64,000 nucleotides of DNA from Planctomycetota bacterium (GCA_017859745.1 JAFMML010000008.1:7027-71026), one strand, 5' to 3'; shown: positions 1 to 10,942, counted from the stretch's first letter. Notes: generated by a model from the letters alone, not told the origin. A program made the numbers and translations.

Positions 1-1166
<1,166 letters not shown>

Positions 1167-1178
1167 GGCACCGCAGAC

Positions 1179-2621
1179 TCAGACCGCCGGTGCTTCGATC
1201 CAGCCCGACAGGGCGCTCGCGAGACCGAGGAAGCTGAGGAAGCTGAGACTGTCGGTCACCATCGTGAGGAAGATGGTGGAGGCGGTCGCGGGATCCGCAC
1301 CGGCCCGTCGCATCAGAATCGGAATCCCCGCGCCGGCGAGACAACCGACCGCGAGCGCCACGCTCATCGCGATCGCGACGACGACACCGAGGCGCCACGC
1401 CGCGCCGCCGCCGGACAGCAGTTCGATCACGGCGATGGCACTGCCGACGAGCACGCCGCAGCACACGCCGTTGACCAGACCCACGCCGCCCTCGCGCAAC
1501 AGGAGCGTCATCGATCCACGCGGCGGCACCTCGTGCAGCACGATGCCGCGGAGCGTGACCGCAAGAGACTGCTGGCCGGCGTTGCCAGCCTGGTTGGCGA
1601 CCAGCGGCATCAGCACCGCCAGCACCGCAAGTTCCGCGATGAGGCCCTCGAACTGCAGGACGACCAGCGCCGCGACGGCGCTGGTGAACAGGTTGACCAC
1701 CAGCCATGGCAGGCGACTTCGCAGCTTGAAGGCGACGGTCGACGTGACCGCCTCCTCGCGGCCCGCACCCACCATCAGCTGCGCGTCCTCGGTGGTCTCG
1801 GCGCGGATCGTGTCGATCACGTCGTCGACGGTGACGATGCCGAGCAGTCGCCGATGCTCGTCGACCACCGGCAGCACGAGGTGGTCGTAGCGCTCGAACG
1901 ACCTCGCCACCGCCTCGCGATCGAGTTCGGGAGGCACCGCATCGACTCGACGGTCCGCAAGGTCGCCGATCCGCTCCTCGGGACCGGCGAGGAGCAGCTT
2001 CCGCAGACTCACGGTGCCCTCGAGATGACCGCGTCGGTCGACGACGTACGCGTCGGTGGTGTCCTCGTCGATCTCGACCCGACGGATCGCCTCGACCGCC
2101 TCGGCGACGGTCATCTCCGCCCGGACCGAGAGGTAGTCGGTGGTCATCAGGCCACCGGCGGAGTCCTCGGGGAACCGCAGGAGATCGCGAAGGCGCCCCA
2201 GCGTCTGCGGCGTCATCGCGGCCAACACCCGTTCCCGCGGCGTCGCCGCGAGTTCCTGCAGAAGATCGGTGGCGTCGTCGGGCGCCATCTCCTCGATCAG
2301 CCGCGCCGCGATCTCGGGGCGATCCTCGACGATCTCCTCGACGACGCCCGCTGCGAGGGACGGGACCATGTGGGCGAGCGCCTCGGCGGCGGCCTCGAAC
2401 TCCATCTCCCCGAGGACCTCGATGGCCTCGTGCTCGGGCAGGCGTTCGAGCGTGTCTGCGGCATCCGCGGCGGCCTGGGCGCCCACCGCCTCGGCGAGTT
2501 CGGGCGCCTCGGCGCCGGTCGAGATCAGCTCGTCGACACGGCGGTCCTCGTTCGAGGCCTCGAGTGGGCGCTCGATCTGCGTGCCGACTTCGGCATTGGA
2601 GATGGGCGTCTCCTCGGGCAT
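1179..2621 (-). CDS. mgtE: magnesium transporter MgtE
   Basis: 480 aa. It has an acidic helical N-domain (PDDATDLLQEL), a tandem CBS-like region (VVDEHRRLLGIVTVDDVID) and a C-terminal multi-TM channel domain. Confidence 0.85.
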   Translation of the reverse strand: MPEETPISNAEVGTQIERPLEASNEDRRVDELISTGAEAPELAEAVGAQAAADAADTLERLPEHEAIEVLGEMEFEAAAEALAHMVPSLAAGVVEEIVEDRPEIAARLIEEMAPDDATDLLQELAATPRERVLAAMTPQTLGRLRDLLRFPEDSAGGLMTTDYLSVRAEMTVAEAVEAIRRVEIDEDTTDAYVVDRRGHLEGTVSLRKLLLAGPEERIGDLADRRVDAVPPELDREAVARSFERYDHLVLPVVDEHRRLLGIVTVDDVIDTIRAETTEDAQLMVGAGREEAVTSTVAFKLRSRLPWLVVNLFTSAVAALVVLQFEGLIAELAVLAVLMPLVANQAGNAGQQSLAVTLRGIVLHEVPPRGSMTLLLREGGVGLVNGVCCGVLVGSAIAVIELLSGGGAAWRLGVVVAIAMSVALAVGCLAGAGIPILMRRAGADPATASTIFLTMVTDSLSFLSFLGLASALSGWIEAPAV

Positions 2622-2685
2622 CGGCGGAGTGTATCGGTGGCCGAGGGCGAACCCTGCAGTCCCGATTCGGTCAAGATGCCCCCAT

Positions 2686-3570
2686 ATGGAAGGACGTCAC
2701 GACGCCTCCGACACACCGACCCCCGGCCCGGTCGAACCGGTCGACAGCGGCGACCCGCGACTCGATCCCTTTCGGTCGCTGCGCGATCCGGAGCTCGTTC
2801 GCGCCGGAGAAGGCGCCGGCTGGTTCATCGGGGAGCAGCTGCTCGTCCTCGAACGCATGCTTGCCCGACCGGGCACCACCATCTCGATTCTGGCGAGTCC
2901 TCGGATGGCCGATCGGGCGCGGGCGCTGCGGGACGCGTCGGCGGACCCGTCGCCGCCGCTGCTCGTCGCCGACGACGACGTGCTCGAGTCGATCGTGGGA
3001 TTCGATCTGCATCGAGGCCTGCTGGCCCTCGGCCGTCGGCCCGATGACGGTCTCGCCCGCATCGAGGCTCGCCTGGCCGAACCTCGCGGCGAACGGAAAC
3101 GCCCCGTGGCGCTCCTTGCCTGCGAGGAGATCCGCAACATCGACAACATCGGTCTGCTCTTTCGAAACGCCGCCGCGTTCGGCATCGACGGCGTGCTGCT
3201 GAGCCCCGGATGCCACGATCCCCTCTACAGGAAGAGCCTGCGGGTCTCGATCGGTCACGCCATCGACATTCCCTTCACGCGACTCTCCCCATGGCCGGAC
3301 GCCCTGGAGGCGCTCTGCCGGCGATTCGACGTCGACCTTCTGGGGACCGCCCTCGACCCCGAGGCCACCCCGCTTGGACAGGTCTCCGCACGGGCCCGCA
3401 TCGCCTTGCTGGTCGGCTCGGAGTTTCCCGGTCTCACCAGAGGTGCGAAGTCGGTCTGCGACGAACTCGTCCGCATCCCGATGGCCGCCGACGTCGACAG
3501 TCTCAACGTCGGCGTCGCCTCGGCGGTGTGCCTCGCGAGGTTGCGCGAACCCTGGCTCGACGTTCGTTGA
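2686..3570 (+). CDS. TrmH/SpoU-family RNA 2'-O-methyltransferase
   Basis: SpoU motifs NIGLLFRNAAAFG, LLVGSEFPGLT and IPMAADVDSLNVGVASAV. The start was set at in-frame ATG 2686 because the upstream part of the 476-aa ORF is antisense to mgtE. Confidence 0.75.
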   Translation: MEGRHDASDTPTPGPVEPVDSGDPRLDPFRSLRDPELVRAGEGAGWFIGEQLLVLERMLARPGTTISILASPRMADRARALRDASADPSPPLLVADDDVLESIVGFDLHRGLLALGRRPDDGLARIEARLAEPRGERKRPVALLACEEIRNIDNIGLLFRNAAAFGIDGVLLSPGCHDPLYRKSLRVSIGHAIDIPFTRLSPWPDALEALCRRFDVDLLGTALDPEATPLGQVSARARIALLVGSEFPGLTRGAKSVCDELVRIPMAADVDSLNVGVASAVCLARLREPWLDVR

Positions 3571-3724
3571 GGCCGCATGTCGACGGCGACGCGGGGCGAT
3601 CCGGCGGTGTCCTTCGCCTATCGTCTCGACCCCGCGTCCATCGGAATGCGGATCCCGGAACGCAGACCTCGCCCCGCCACCCGACCTCGTTCGACGACGA
3701 ATCGCCGATCACGACACCCGACCC

Positions 3725-4864
3725 GTGCCTCCCCTCGACGCCGACCTCGATCTCCACTTTCGGCACCGGATCCGCTTCGGACGTGGCCTTCGCGATGCCG
3801 GACTCGACGCGGCGCTTCGAGAACTGCGCGGGGGCGGGGGGTTCCGCGCGAACCTGCTGCCGATCGTCGACGCAGGGCTTCTCGACGCCCGCCCCGACTT
3901 CGCCGACACGCTCTCCTCGCATCTTGCTGCGCTTGGCGACGACGCTCCGGCCGCCTGCGCACCGTTGATCCTGCCCGGCGGCGAGATCGCCAAGAACGAC
4001 CCGGCGATCCTCGAGACGATTCTCGAACGTCTCGACCGCGAACGGGTCTGCCGACGAAGCGTGGTGCTCGTCGTGGGCGGCGGCGCGGTGCTCGACGTCG
4101 CCGGCTACGCGGCCGCCATCTTCCACCGAGGCGTTCGCCTCGTCAGGATGCCCACCACGACGCTGGCTCAGGACGACGCGGCGATGGGAGTCAAGAACGG
4201 CGTCAATCGCCTCGGCAAGAAGAACCTGTTGGGCACCTTCGCGGTGCCCGAGGCGGTCGTCTGCGATCTCGATCTGCTCGACTCGCTGTCCGATCGGCAC
4301 TGGAACTCCGGATTCGCCGAGGCGGTGAAGATCGCCGTCATCCGAGATCGGGAACTGTTCGAGCGCATCGAGCGCGACGCCGATGCCGTTCGATCTCGCG
4401 ATCGCGACGCCGCGGAGGCGGTGATCCGCCGAAGCGCCGAACTGCACTGGCGGCACATCGTCGAAGGCGGCGACCCCTTCGAACTCGGCACCTCGCGACC
4501 GCTGGACTTCGGACACTGGGCGGCGCATCGGCTCGAGTCGATGACCGAGCACCGTCTGACCCACGGCGAGGCGGTGTCGATCGGGATCGTCGTGGATTCG
4601 ACCGTGGCGGTGCTCGAAGGACGGCTCGACGAGACTTCGCGCGACCGCATCGCGTCCACGCTCGCGTCGCTCGGTCTGCCGACGTGGGACGATGCCGCTC
4701 ACGATCACCACGAACTGCTCGCCGGACTCGAGGAGTTCCGCGAGCATCTCGGCGGCCCCTCCGGCATCGCGCTGCCCACGTCGATCGGTGCGAGCGTCGA
4801 CGATGCTCGTCCCGATGTCGATGTCGTGCGACACGCCCTCGAGCGGTGCGCAACGGCGTCCTGA
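3725..4864 (+). CDS. 3-dehydroquinate synthase family protein (AroB-like sugar-phosphate cyclase, divergent)
   Basis: GGGAVLDVAGYAAAIFHRGVRLVRMPTTTLAQDDAAMGVKNGVN, GKKNLLGTF, GFAEAVK, RPLDFGHWAAHRLE and THGEAVSIG align with the DHQS core. There is no in-frame ATG before the core, so GTG 3725 was chosen. The start is uncertain. Confidence 0.6.
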   Translation: MPPLDADLDLHFRHRIRFGRGLRDAGLDAALRELRGGGGFRANLLPIVDAGLLDARPDFADTLSSHLAALGDDAPAACAPLILPGGEIAKNDPAILETILERLDRERVCRRSVVLVVGGGAVLDVAGYAAAIFHRGVRLVRMPTTTLAQDDAAMGVKNGVNRLGKKNLLGTFAVPEAVVCDLDLLDSLSDRHWNSGFAEAVKIAVIRDRELFERIERDADAVRSRDRDAAEAVIRRSAELHWRHIVEGGDPFELGTSRPLDFGHWAAHRLESMTEHRLTHGEAVSIGIVVDSTVAVLEGRLDETSRDRIASTLASLGLPTWDDAAHDHHELLAGLEEFREHLGGPSGIALPTSIGASVDDARPDVDVVRHALERCATAS

Positions 4865-4897
4865 GTGGGTCGGGACTTCGTCGGCGTGCCGTGACGC

Positions 4898-5905
4898 TCA
4901 GGCGTTCGCCGCGGCGGGCACCCGGTCGGCGTAGCCCTGCGGATGGCTCTCGTGCCACGCCCACGCGGTCTCGACGACGTCGCGGATGGTCGGGTACTTC
5001 ATCTTCCAACCGAGCTTCGTCTTGAGCTTCTTGGGATCGGCGACCAGCGCCGGGGCGTCACCGGGGCGTCGTTCGCAGATCTCCAGCGGGATCTCGCGGC
5101 CCGTGACCTCCTCGCACGCCTTGATCACCTCCATCACCGAGTTGCCGTCTCCGGTCCCGATGTTGAAGACTTCGCGGGTGGTTGGGGTCGTCGCCTGGAT
5201 CGCCAGCCAGTGCGCGGAGGCGAGGTCGGCGGTGTGCACGTAGTCGCGGATGCAGGTGCCGTCGGGCGTCGGGTAGTCGGTGCCGAAGACCTTCAGCGAG
5301 TCCATCCGACCCTGAGCCACCCGCAGCACCAGCGGAATGAGGTGGGTCTCGGGATCGTGGTCCTCGCCGTGCGAGCCGTCGGCGTCGGCGCCGGCGGCGT
5401 TGAAGTACCGGAGCAGGGTGAACCCGAGGCCGTAGGCCTCCGCAAAGTCGCGGATCATCCACTCGACGGCGAGCTTGGTCCGGGCGTACGGACTGCAGGG
5501 CACCTGCTCGGACTCCTCGCTCATGGGCATCTTCGGATTGAGGCCGTAGGTCGCACAGGTGCTCGAGAAGAGCATGCGATCCACCTTCGCCTCGCGCATC
5601 GCGGTCAGCAGACTGAGCGTTCCGGCGATGTTGTTGCGGTAGTGGTGGTCGGGATTCGTCACCGATTCGCCGACGTAGGTCGCTGCGGCGAAGTGCATGA
5701 CCGCCTCGATGCCGCGCTCCTTCATCAGCGATGCGAGCTTCGCGGTATCGGCGATGTCGCCGACGACGAGGCGATCCGCGGGGACCGCATCGCGATGACC
5801 GAGACTGAGGTTGTCGTAGGCGACGGGGTCCGCACCCTGATCGATCAGGTGACGAAGGCAGGCGGACCCGACGAATCCGGCTCCGCCGGTGACGAGGATC
5901 TTCAT
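4898..5905 (-). CDS. galE: UDP-glucose 4-epimerase
   Basis: MKILVTGGAGFVGS Rossmann start, a YxxxK segment (YARTKLAVE), and full-length similarity in motif order to GalE. Confidence 0.8.
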   Translation of the reverse strand: MKILVTGGAGFVGSACLRHLIDQGADPVAYDNLSLGHRDAVPADRLVVGDIADTAKLASLMKERGIEAVMHFAAATYVGESVTNPDHHYRNNIAGTLSLLTAMREAKVDRMLFSSTCATYGLNPKMPMSEESEQVPCSPYARTKLAVEWMIRDFAEAYGLGFTLLRYFNAAGADADGSHGEDHDPETHLIPLVLRVAQGRMDSLKVFGTDYPTPDGTCIRDYVHTADLASAHWLAIQATTPTTREVFNIGTGDGNSVMEVIKACEEVTGREIPLEICERRPGDAPALVADPKKLKTKLGWKMKYPTIRDVVETAWAWHESHPQGYADRVPAAANA

Positions 5906-5935
5906 GGTCGTGCTCCTGTCCGAATCATCGGCCCA

Positions 5936-6535
5936 TCAGCGGCCCGAATCCACTCCGCGAAGGCCGACGGACTCCTCCCGAGCCAGCAGCATTCCGATCG
6001 CGTGGCTCAGATCGGCGGCGACGAATGCGCCGACGGGAATGGCGTTCTCGTCGACCCCCGCCCCCTCGCCGGTCCGGACGAGGATCGAACTCCGGCATCC
6101 CGCCCGTAGGCCGGCCTCGAGATCCGTCAGGGCGTCCCCGACCATCCAACTGCGCCCGAGATCGATGTCGAGTTCCTCCGCGGCCCGGTGCAACATGCCC
6201 GGATTGGGCTTTCGATCGGCGTGGGGCGGCGCCCCGTCCGTCGGGGGAACATGCGGATTCCAGTAGATGGCGTCGAGCCGAGCCTCGACACCCGCGGCAT
6301 CCTCGAGCAGCGCCTGAAGATGCTCGTGGATGGCCTCGAGGCCTTCGGCGGAGAGCATCCCGCGACCCACCACGGACTGGTTGGTCGCAAGCACCGCAAG
6401 GCGACCAGTCGAGCGAAGACGAGCGACCGCCTCCGCGGCGCCCGCGACGAGGCGAACATCCTCGACCCGATGCAGATGATGGACATGCTCGATGAGCGTG
6501 CCATCGCGATCGAGGAACACGGCCGGGCGCCGCAT
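5936..6535 (-). CDS. gmhB: D-glycero-D-manno-heptose 1,7-bisphosphate phosphatase (HAD family)
   Basis: HAD motifs VFLDRDGTLI, ATNQSVVGRG, RKPNPGML and MVGDALTDLEAG. The start shares one nucleotide with the stop of the upstream gene. Confidence 0.7.
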   Translation of the reverse strand: MRRPAVFLDRDGTLIEHVHHLHRVEDVRLVAGAAEAVARLRSTGRLAVLATNQSVVGRGMLSAEGLEAIHEHLQALLEDAAGVEARLDAIYWNPHVPPTDGAPPHADRKPNPGMLHRAAEELDIDLGRSWMVGDALTDLEAGLRAGCRSSILVRTGEGAGVDENAIPVGAFVAADLSHAIGMLLAREESVGLRGVDSGR

Positions 6536-7275
6536 CAGCGGCTCCCCGATACGAGACCCGATGCGAGATCGGCCTCGGCCTGCCGCAGCGATTCGGGCGT
6601 CCCGATGTCGCGGTGGTATCCCGCGTGCAGGATTCCCCGCATGCGTCCGGCGATTCTCGGCAGCAGGTCGAAGGCGATGTCGAAGCCGCCGACGTCCGCG
6701 AGCTCGCGGAAGAGATCCGCGTCCACCACGTAAATGCCCGCGTTGGCGAGATCGCTGCGGGGCGACTCAGGCTTCTCGACGAACGAGACGATCCGGTTGT
6801 CCTTGTCGAGCTCCGCGATGCCGCATCGCCGCGGCTCGTCGCATCGGAAGAGGACCATCGTGAAGGGGTCCGCGTGGCCACGGTGGAACGCGAGAACCGA
6901 GCCCAGATCGACCGAAGAGAGGTTGTCGGCGTAGACCACGACGATCTCGTCGCAGCCATCAGCCAGGTCTCGGTTGGCGGAGATGGTGCCCGCGGAGCCG
7001 AGAAGCTCCGCCTCGAAGGACTCCACGAACCGAGGTGGGGCGCTTCGATTCGCGATCTCGATCCAGTCGCGCACCGGTTCGGGCAGGTGGTGGGTGTTGA
7101 TTCGCACCTCGCCTACCTCCGCCGCCGCGAGGGCCTCGCGCCAATGGTCGAGCAGGCTGCGACCACCGATCTCGACGAGGCACTTCGGAACGCGATCGGT
7201 CAACGGTCGCAGGCGCGTTCCAAGTCCGCCGGCAAGCAGCAGAGCGCCGGTTCGGCGATCGCCGGCCTCGCTCAC
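6535..7275 (-). CDS. hddC: sugar-1-phosphate nucleotidyltransferase (heptose-1-phosphate guanylyltransferase-like)
   Basis: NTP-transferase signature ALLLAGGLGTRLRPLTDRVPKCLVEIGG. GTG 7275 was chosen because it makes a GTGA overlap with the stop of the upstream SDR gene. The longest ORF start is 7329. Confidence 0.65.
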   Translation of the reverse strand: MSEAGDRRTGALLLAGGLGTRLRPLTDRVPKCLVEIGGRSLLDHWREALAAAEVGEVRINTHHLPEPVRDWIEIANRSAPPRFVESFEAELLGSAGTISANRDLADGCDEIVVVYADNLSSVDLGSVLAFHRGHADPFTMVLFRCDEPRRCGIAELDKDNRIVSFVEKPESPRSDLANAGIYVVDADLFRELADVGGFDIAFDLLPRIAGRMRGILHAGYHRDIGTPESLRQAEADLASGLVSGSR

Positions 7276-8399
7276 GCGCCGGCTCCCACCGGGCGAACCA
7301 CCTGCATCTTCTCCATCAGCTTCTGGCACTCCTCGAGGATGCGCCCTGGATCTTCAGCCGTGTCGAGCCACTCGCGATACTCCGAGACGCTGTCGTGCAC
7401 CGTGCGTCGCGGCGACCACCCCAGGGCCTTCAGCTTGGAGACGTCCGAGCAGATGTGGCGGGTGTCGCCGAATCGGTACTTGCCGCCGGGCTCGCGGGGC
7501 AGATCCTCGGTTCCGAACACCTCGGCGACCACGCCGGCGAAGTCGAGAACCGTCATCGGCCGATCGCCGCCGACGTTGAACATCTCATAGTCGGACCGCT
7601 CATCCTCGAGGACCAGCACGTTGGCGTCGACCACGTCGTGGATGTTGACGAAGTCGCGGATCTGCATGCCGTCCTCGTAGATCGGCGGGGCCACCCGCTG
7701 ATGCGCGGCGAGCGAGAACACCCGGCACGCGCCGCTGTAGGCGTTGTGGAAGCTCTGCCGGGGCCCTTGCACGATCGAGTACCGCATCGCCACGGTGGGA
7801 ATGTCGTAGCGCTCGCCGAGGCGCAGGGCGAACTGCTCCTCGGCGATCTTGCTCATGCCGTAGGGGTTCTGCGGATTGGCGACGGTCTCGTCGGTCGCTT
7901 GCCATTGCAGAGGCCCTTGGAATCCCTCCGGCGCCTGGCACTCGAAGACCCCCCGACGCAACTGGGCGTCCGGGCGCATGTCCGGCAACAGCGTGCGCCC
8001 CTCGGCGTCGCGGTAGAGGCCCTCGCCGAGCGTCGCCTGTGAACTGGCCACGATCACCCGCTTCAGGGGCAGCTTCTCGCGGACGGCAAGCTCGAAGATC
8101 CGGGCCGTCGAGGCGACGTTGACGTCCACGAATCGACTGAACTGCGGCAGGTAGTCCTGAAACGCCGCGAGGTGGTAGACCGCATCGCACCCTTCGAGTG
8201 CCGCAAGCAGCGCGTCCTCGTCCCGCACGTCGCCGCGGACGAATTCGATGCGGGAATCGAGGTACTCGGGAACCCGGTTCCCCGGATGCACTGGCTCTTC
8301 AAGGCTGTCGAGCACCCGTACCCGATGGCCCTTCGCAAGCAGCGCATCGGCGGTGTGCGATCCGATGAATCCGGCGCCGCCGGTGATGAGGATGTTCAT
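7272..8399 (-). CDS. NAD-dependent epimerase/dehydratase (SDR)
   Basis: MNILITGGAGFIGSH, a YGMSK catalytic segment, and C-terminal NVGG. Only the last 375 codons of the 796-aa ORF look protein-like. The ATG overlaps the stop of the upstream kinase gene (ATGA). Confidence 0.75.
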   Translation of the reverse strand: MNILITGGAGFIGSHTADALLAKGHRVRVLDSLEEPVHPGNRVPEYLDSRIEFVRGDVRDEDALLAALEGCDAVYHLAAFQDYLPQFSRFVDVNVASTARIFELAVREKLPLKRVIVASSQATLGEGLYRDAEGRTLLPDMRPDAQLRRGVFECQAPEGFQGPLQWQATDETVANPQNPYGMSKIAEEQFALRLGERYDIPTVAMRYSIVQGPRQSFHNAYSGACRVFSLAAHQRVAPPIYEDGMQIRDFVNIHDVVDANVLVLEDERSDYEMFNVGGDRPMTVLDFAGVVAEVFGTEDLPREPGGKYRFGDTRHICSDVSKLKALGWSPRRTVHDSVSEYREWLDTAEDPGRILEECQKLMEKMQVVRPVGAGA

Positions 8400-9436
8400 G
8401 CGGCACCTCCCTGCAACGCCCTCGCCGTGGTCGGCGTGGCGGCGGTTGCACAGTGACCCGGATGATCGCTGATGAAGATCACGCGGCTGCCGAGGCGGTC
8501 GATGCCGAAGCGAACCTGCTGGGGCTGACCGAGGGCTTCGAGGATCGCCTCGTGGCGCTCGGGCGGTGCGATCAGATAGACGAAGCCACCCCCGCCGGCC
8601 CCGAGCAGCTTGCCGGCCTGGGCGCCGGCACGGCGTGCCGTCTCGTACATGTCGTCGATGTCGCTCGAGGAGATGCCGAAGCCGAGCGATCGCTTCAGGC
8701 GCCACCCCTCGTCGAGCAGCGCCGCGAACTCGTCGACGTCGCCGCGCCCGGCAAGCGCGCCTCGCATCTCGCCGGCGAGGTCGCGCATCGCGCGAAGCGT
8801 CGCCATCTTGTCGGCGGTGCCCTCGCTCTGGCGCTCCAGAATTCCGTCGGCGCTCCGCTGCTTCGCGGTGTAGACGAGCATGCTGCGGCGTTCGATCTCG
8901 GCGACGGTCTCCCGGGCGCAGGGCACCGGTTCGACCTGCACCGATTCGTCGGGGTTGAAGCGGATGTAGTTGATGCCTCCGAACGCCGCGGCGTACTGGT
9001 CCTGCTTCCCGATCGGCTTGCCGAGTCGGTCGATCTCGATCTCGCACGCCTGTTCGGCGAGATCGGTCGCACTCGAGACCCGACCCTTGTAGGCGTGCAG
9101 GGCGTTCAGCAGCCCGACGGTGAGGGTGCTGCTCGATCCCATGCCCGTGCCCGCGGGGAGATCGCCGATCGTGGTGATCTCGAGATGCCGCCCGAGTTCG
9201 GTCATCTCCAAGGCGGTGCGCACGATGGTGTGTTCGACCTCGGCGACGGTCTCGGCGATCTCGGTCCGGCTGTAGGCGACGCGAACACTGCTCTTGAAAC
9301 GAGGGCTCACGGTCACGTACATGTGGCTCTGCAGGCCGACCGACAGAACCGCGCCCGGTTCGCTCCGATAGAACGCGGGCAGATCGGTTCCGCCTCCGGC
9401 GAAGCTCACGCGGTAGGGCGTCTGAGAGATGATCAT
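8396..9436 (-). CDS. hddA: GHMP-family sugar kinase (D-glycero-D-manno-heptose 7-phosphate kinase-like)
   Basis: Starts MIISQTPYRVSFAGGGTDLPAFY and carries the GHMP motif PAGTGMGSSS. ATGA overlaps occur at both ends. Confidence 0.7.
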   Translation of the reverse strand: MIISQTPYRVSFAGGGTDLPAFYRSEPGAVLSVGLQSHMYVTVSPRFKSSVRVAYSRTEIAETVAEVEHTIVRTALEMTELGRHLEITTIGDLPAGTGMGSSSTLTVGLLNALHAYKGRVSSATDLAEQACEIEIDRLGKPIGKQDQYAAAFGGINYIRFNPDESVQVEPVPCARETVAEIERRSMLVYTAKQRSADGILERQSEGTADKMATLRAMRDLAGEMRGALAGRGDVDEFAALLDEGWRLKRSLGFGISSSDIDDMYETARRAGAQAGKLLGAGGGGFVYLIAPPERHEAILEALGQPQQVRFGIDRLGSRVIFISDHPGHCATAATPTTARALQGGAA

Positions 9437-10707
9437 GATCGGCTGTCTCCAACGGCTGCGAGAGGGCGAGACTCGGCGCGACGCGGCGACGCCTGATCGG
9501 GACGGAGACGACCGCCTCGGAAGATCTGGAACAACGGCTCGAGACATCGGTCGAGGTCGAACGTCTCGATGACGCGCGATCGACCCGCCTCCGCAAGGCG
9601 CGTTCGAAGCTTGCGGTCGCCCGCGAGTCGCTCCAAGGCATCCGCGAGGGCCTCGACATCACCCGCCTCCACCAAGAGGCCCGTCACGTCGTTCTCGATG
9701 AGATCGGGAATCCCGACGAGGCGAGTCGACACCGCGGGCAGTCCGCAGGCCATCGCCTCCATCAGCATTTGCGGGAGACCGTCGACGTCGCCGTCGGGGG
9801 CCCAGACGCAGGGGAGGCAGTAGACGTGGCCCGCGGCCATGAACTCGGGAATCCGTTCCTGAGGCAGCAGTTCGCCGGTCAACTCGACGCGATCCTCGAG
9901 ACCGAGCTTGGTCACCTGCGCTCGAAGTTCACCCTCCAGCGGCCCGCTCCCACCGATGCGGCATCGCAAGTCGACCCCCCGGTCGCGAAGCACGGCGCAG
10001 GCGGCGATGAGATCGGCGAAGCCCTTCTTCGGGACGAGCCGCCCCGAAGACACCACCGTGAACGGTCCTTCCGCCTCCCTCTCGGGCGGCGCGAAATGGC
10101 TCGTGTCGATGCCGCAGTAGACGACCACCAGCTGCTCCGGGCGCGCACCCTCGGAAAGGTAGAAGCGGCGATGGAACTCGGAGATGCAGACGATCCTGTC
10201 GGCGCGGCGAATCTTGTCGCGGAGGGCGACTCGCTCCCGGTACAGATCCGCAGCATGTCCCGTGAAGCTGAACGGCGCGTCGAGCAACCAGGCTCCGTAC
10301 ATGCCGACGGTTCCGCAGGAGTGGATCCACTGGCTGTGGATGTGGGTCGGCGGGTCCTTTCGGAGGCGGCCGGCCCACACCGCCGCGACCGCGAGGTGGC
10401 CGATCGCCTTCACTCGATTGCGGAAACTCTCGCGCTCCCCGAACAGGGCGTTGCCGAGGGCCTGCCACCACCTCGTACCGAATCGAAACGGGGCCGCGAT
10501 CACGGCACCGGCGACGGCGATGGGCGACAGCGGGTAGAGATGCTCGGTGCGAGCCTCGAGACGGCGGGCCCACTCGGATTCGAAGAACCGATGCTCGTCT
10601 CCATAGAGGGCGTGCAGACGACAGGGGATTCCCGATGCCTCCACACGGCGCAATTCATTGCCGACCCAGGCGTTTCCGATGCCGTTCGTGGTGATGTAGT
10701 GGATCAC
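9433..10707 (-). CDS. glycosyltransferase family 4
   Basis: C-terminal GT-B motifs: GRLVPKKGF and CLPCVWAPDGDVDGLPQMLMEAMACGLPAVST (an E-x7-E-like region). Confidence 0.7.
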   Translation of the reverse strand: MIHYITTNGIGNAWVGNELRRVEASGIPCRLHALYGDEHRFFESEWARRLEARTEHLYPLSPIAVAGAVIAAPFRFGTRWWQALGNALFGERESFRNRVKAIGHLAVAAVWAGRLRKDPPTHIHSQWIHSCGTVGMYGAWLLDAPFSFTGHAADLYRERVALRDKIRRADRIVCISEFHRRFYLSEGARPEQLVVVYCGIDTSHFAPPEREAEGPFTVVSSGRLVPKKGFADLIAACAVLRDRGVDLRCRIGGSGPLEGELRAQVTKLGLEDRVELTGELLPQERIPEFMAAGHVYCLPCVWAPDGDVDGLPQMLMEAMACGLPAVSTRLVGIPDLIENDVTGLLVEAGDVEALADALERLAGDRKLRTRLAEAGRSRVIETFDLDRCLEPLFQIFRGGRLRPDQASPRRAESRPLAAVGDSRS

Positions 10708-10857
10708 GCCTTTGGACTCGCGACGGGGTGTTCTCGTGCCGGGTGGTCATCGGCAACCGGTGTTGCGATCGTCACCAGAGGACCAGCGACCCATCCTCGA
10801 TGGACGGGGTGCTGTGGTTCTAGGACCAGCGAAGAGGTTTCGTTCACAGGAACATCA

Positions 10858-10889
10858 ATGAAATCACGCGACCGGGGAGGCCGCGTGAT
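10858..10889 (-). terminator. putative intrinsic terminator after the B12-binding-domain gene
   Basis: The minus-strand RNA reads ATCACGCGGCC-TCCCC-GGTCGCGTGAT followed by TTCATT. That is an 11-bp stem (one G-U), a 5-nt loop and a weak U tract, about 55 nt after the stop. Confidence 0.4.
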
Positions 10890-10942
10890 CGTGGGTTCGT
10901 CCGATGCGTCGCGCCCCCGCGACGAGCTGTCCGTGCCGCCGC

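Noticed and set aside
7272-9662. 796-aa ORF, and other track ORFs that span several genes (32987-35479, 34192-36237, 35214-37085, 29824-31935, 43188-45779, 48599-50683, 59480-62311)
   Set aside because: Only the 3' portion of each has protein-like sequence. The 5' portions run out of frame through the neighbouring gene. Real starts were placed at the first sensible ATG/GTG, usually overlapping the preceding stop.
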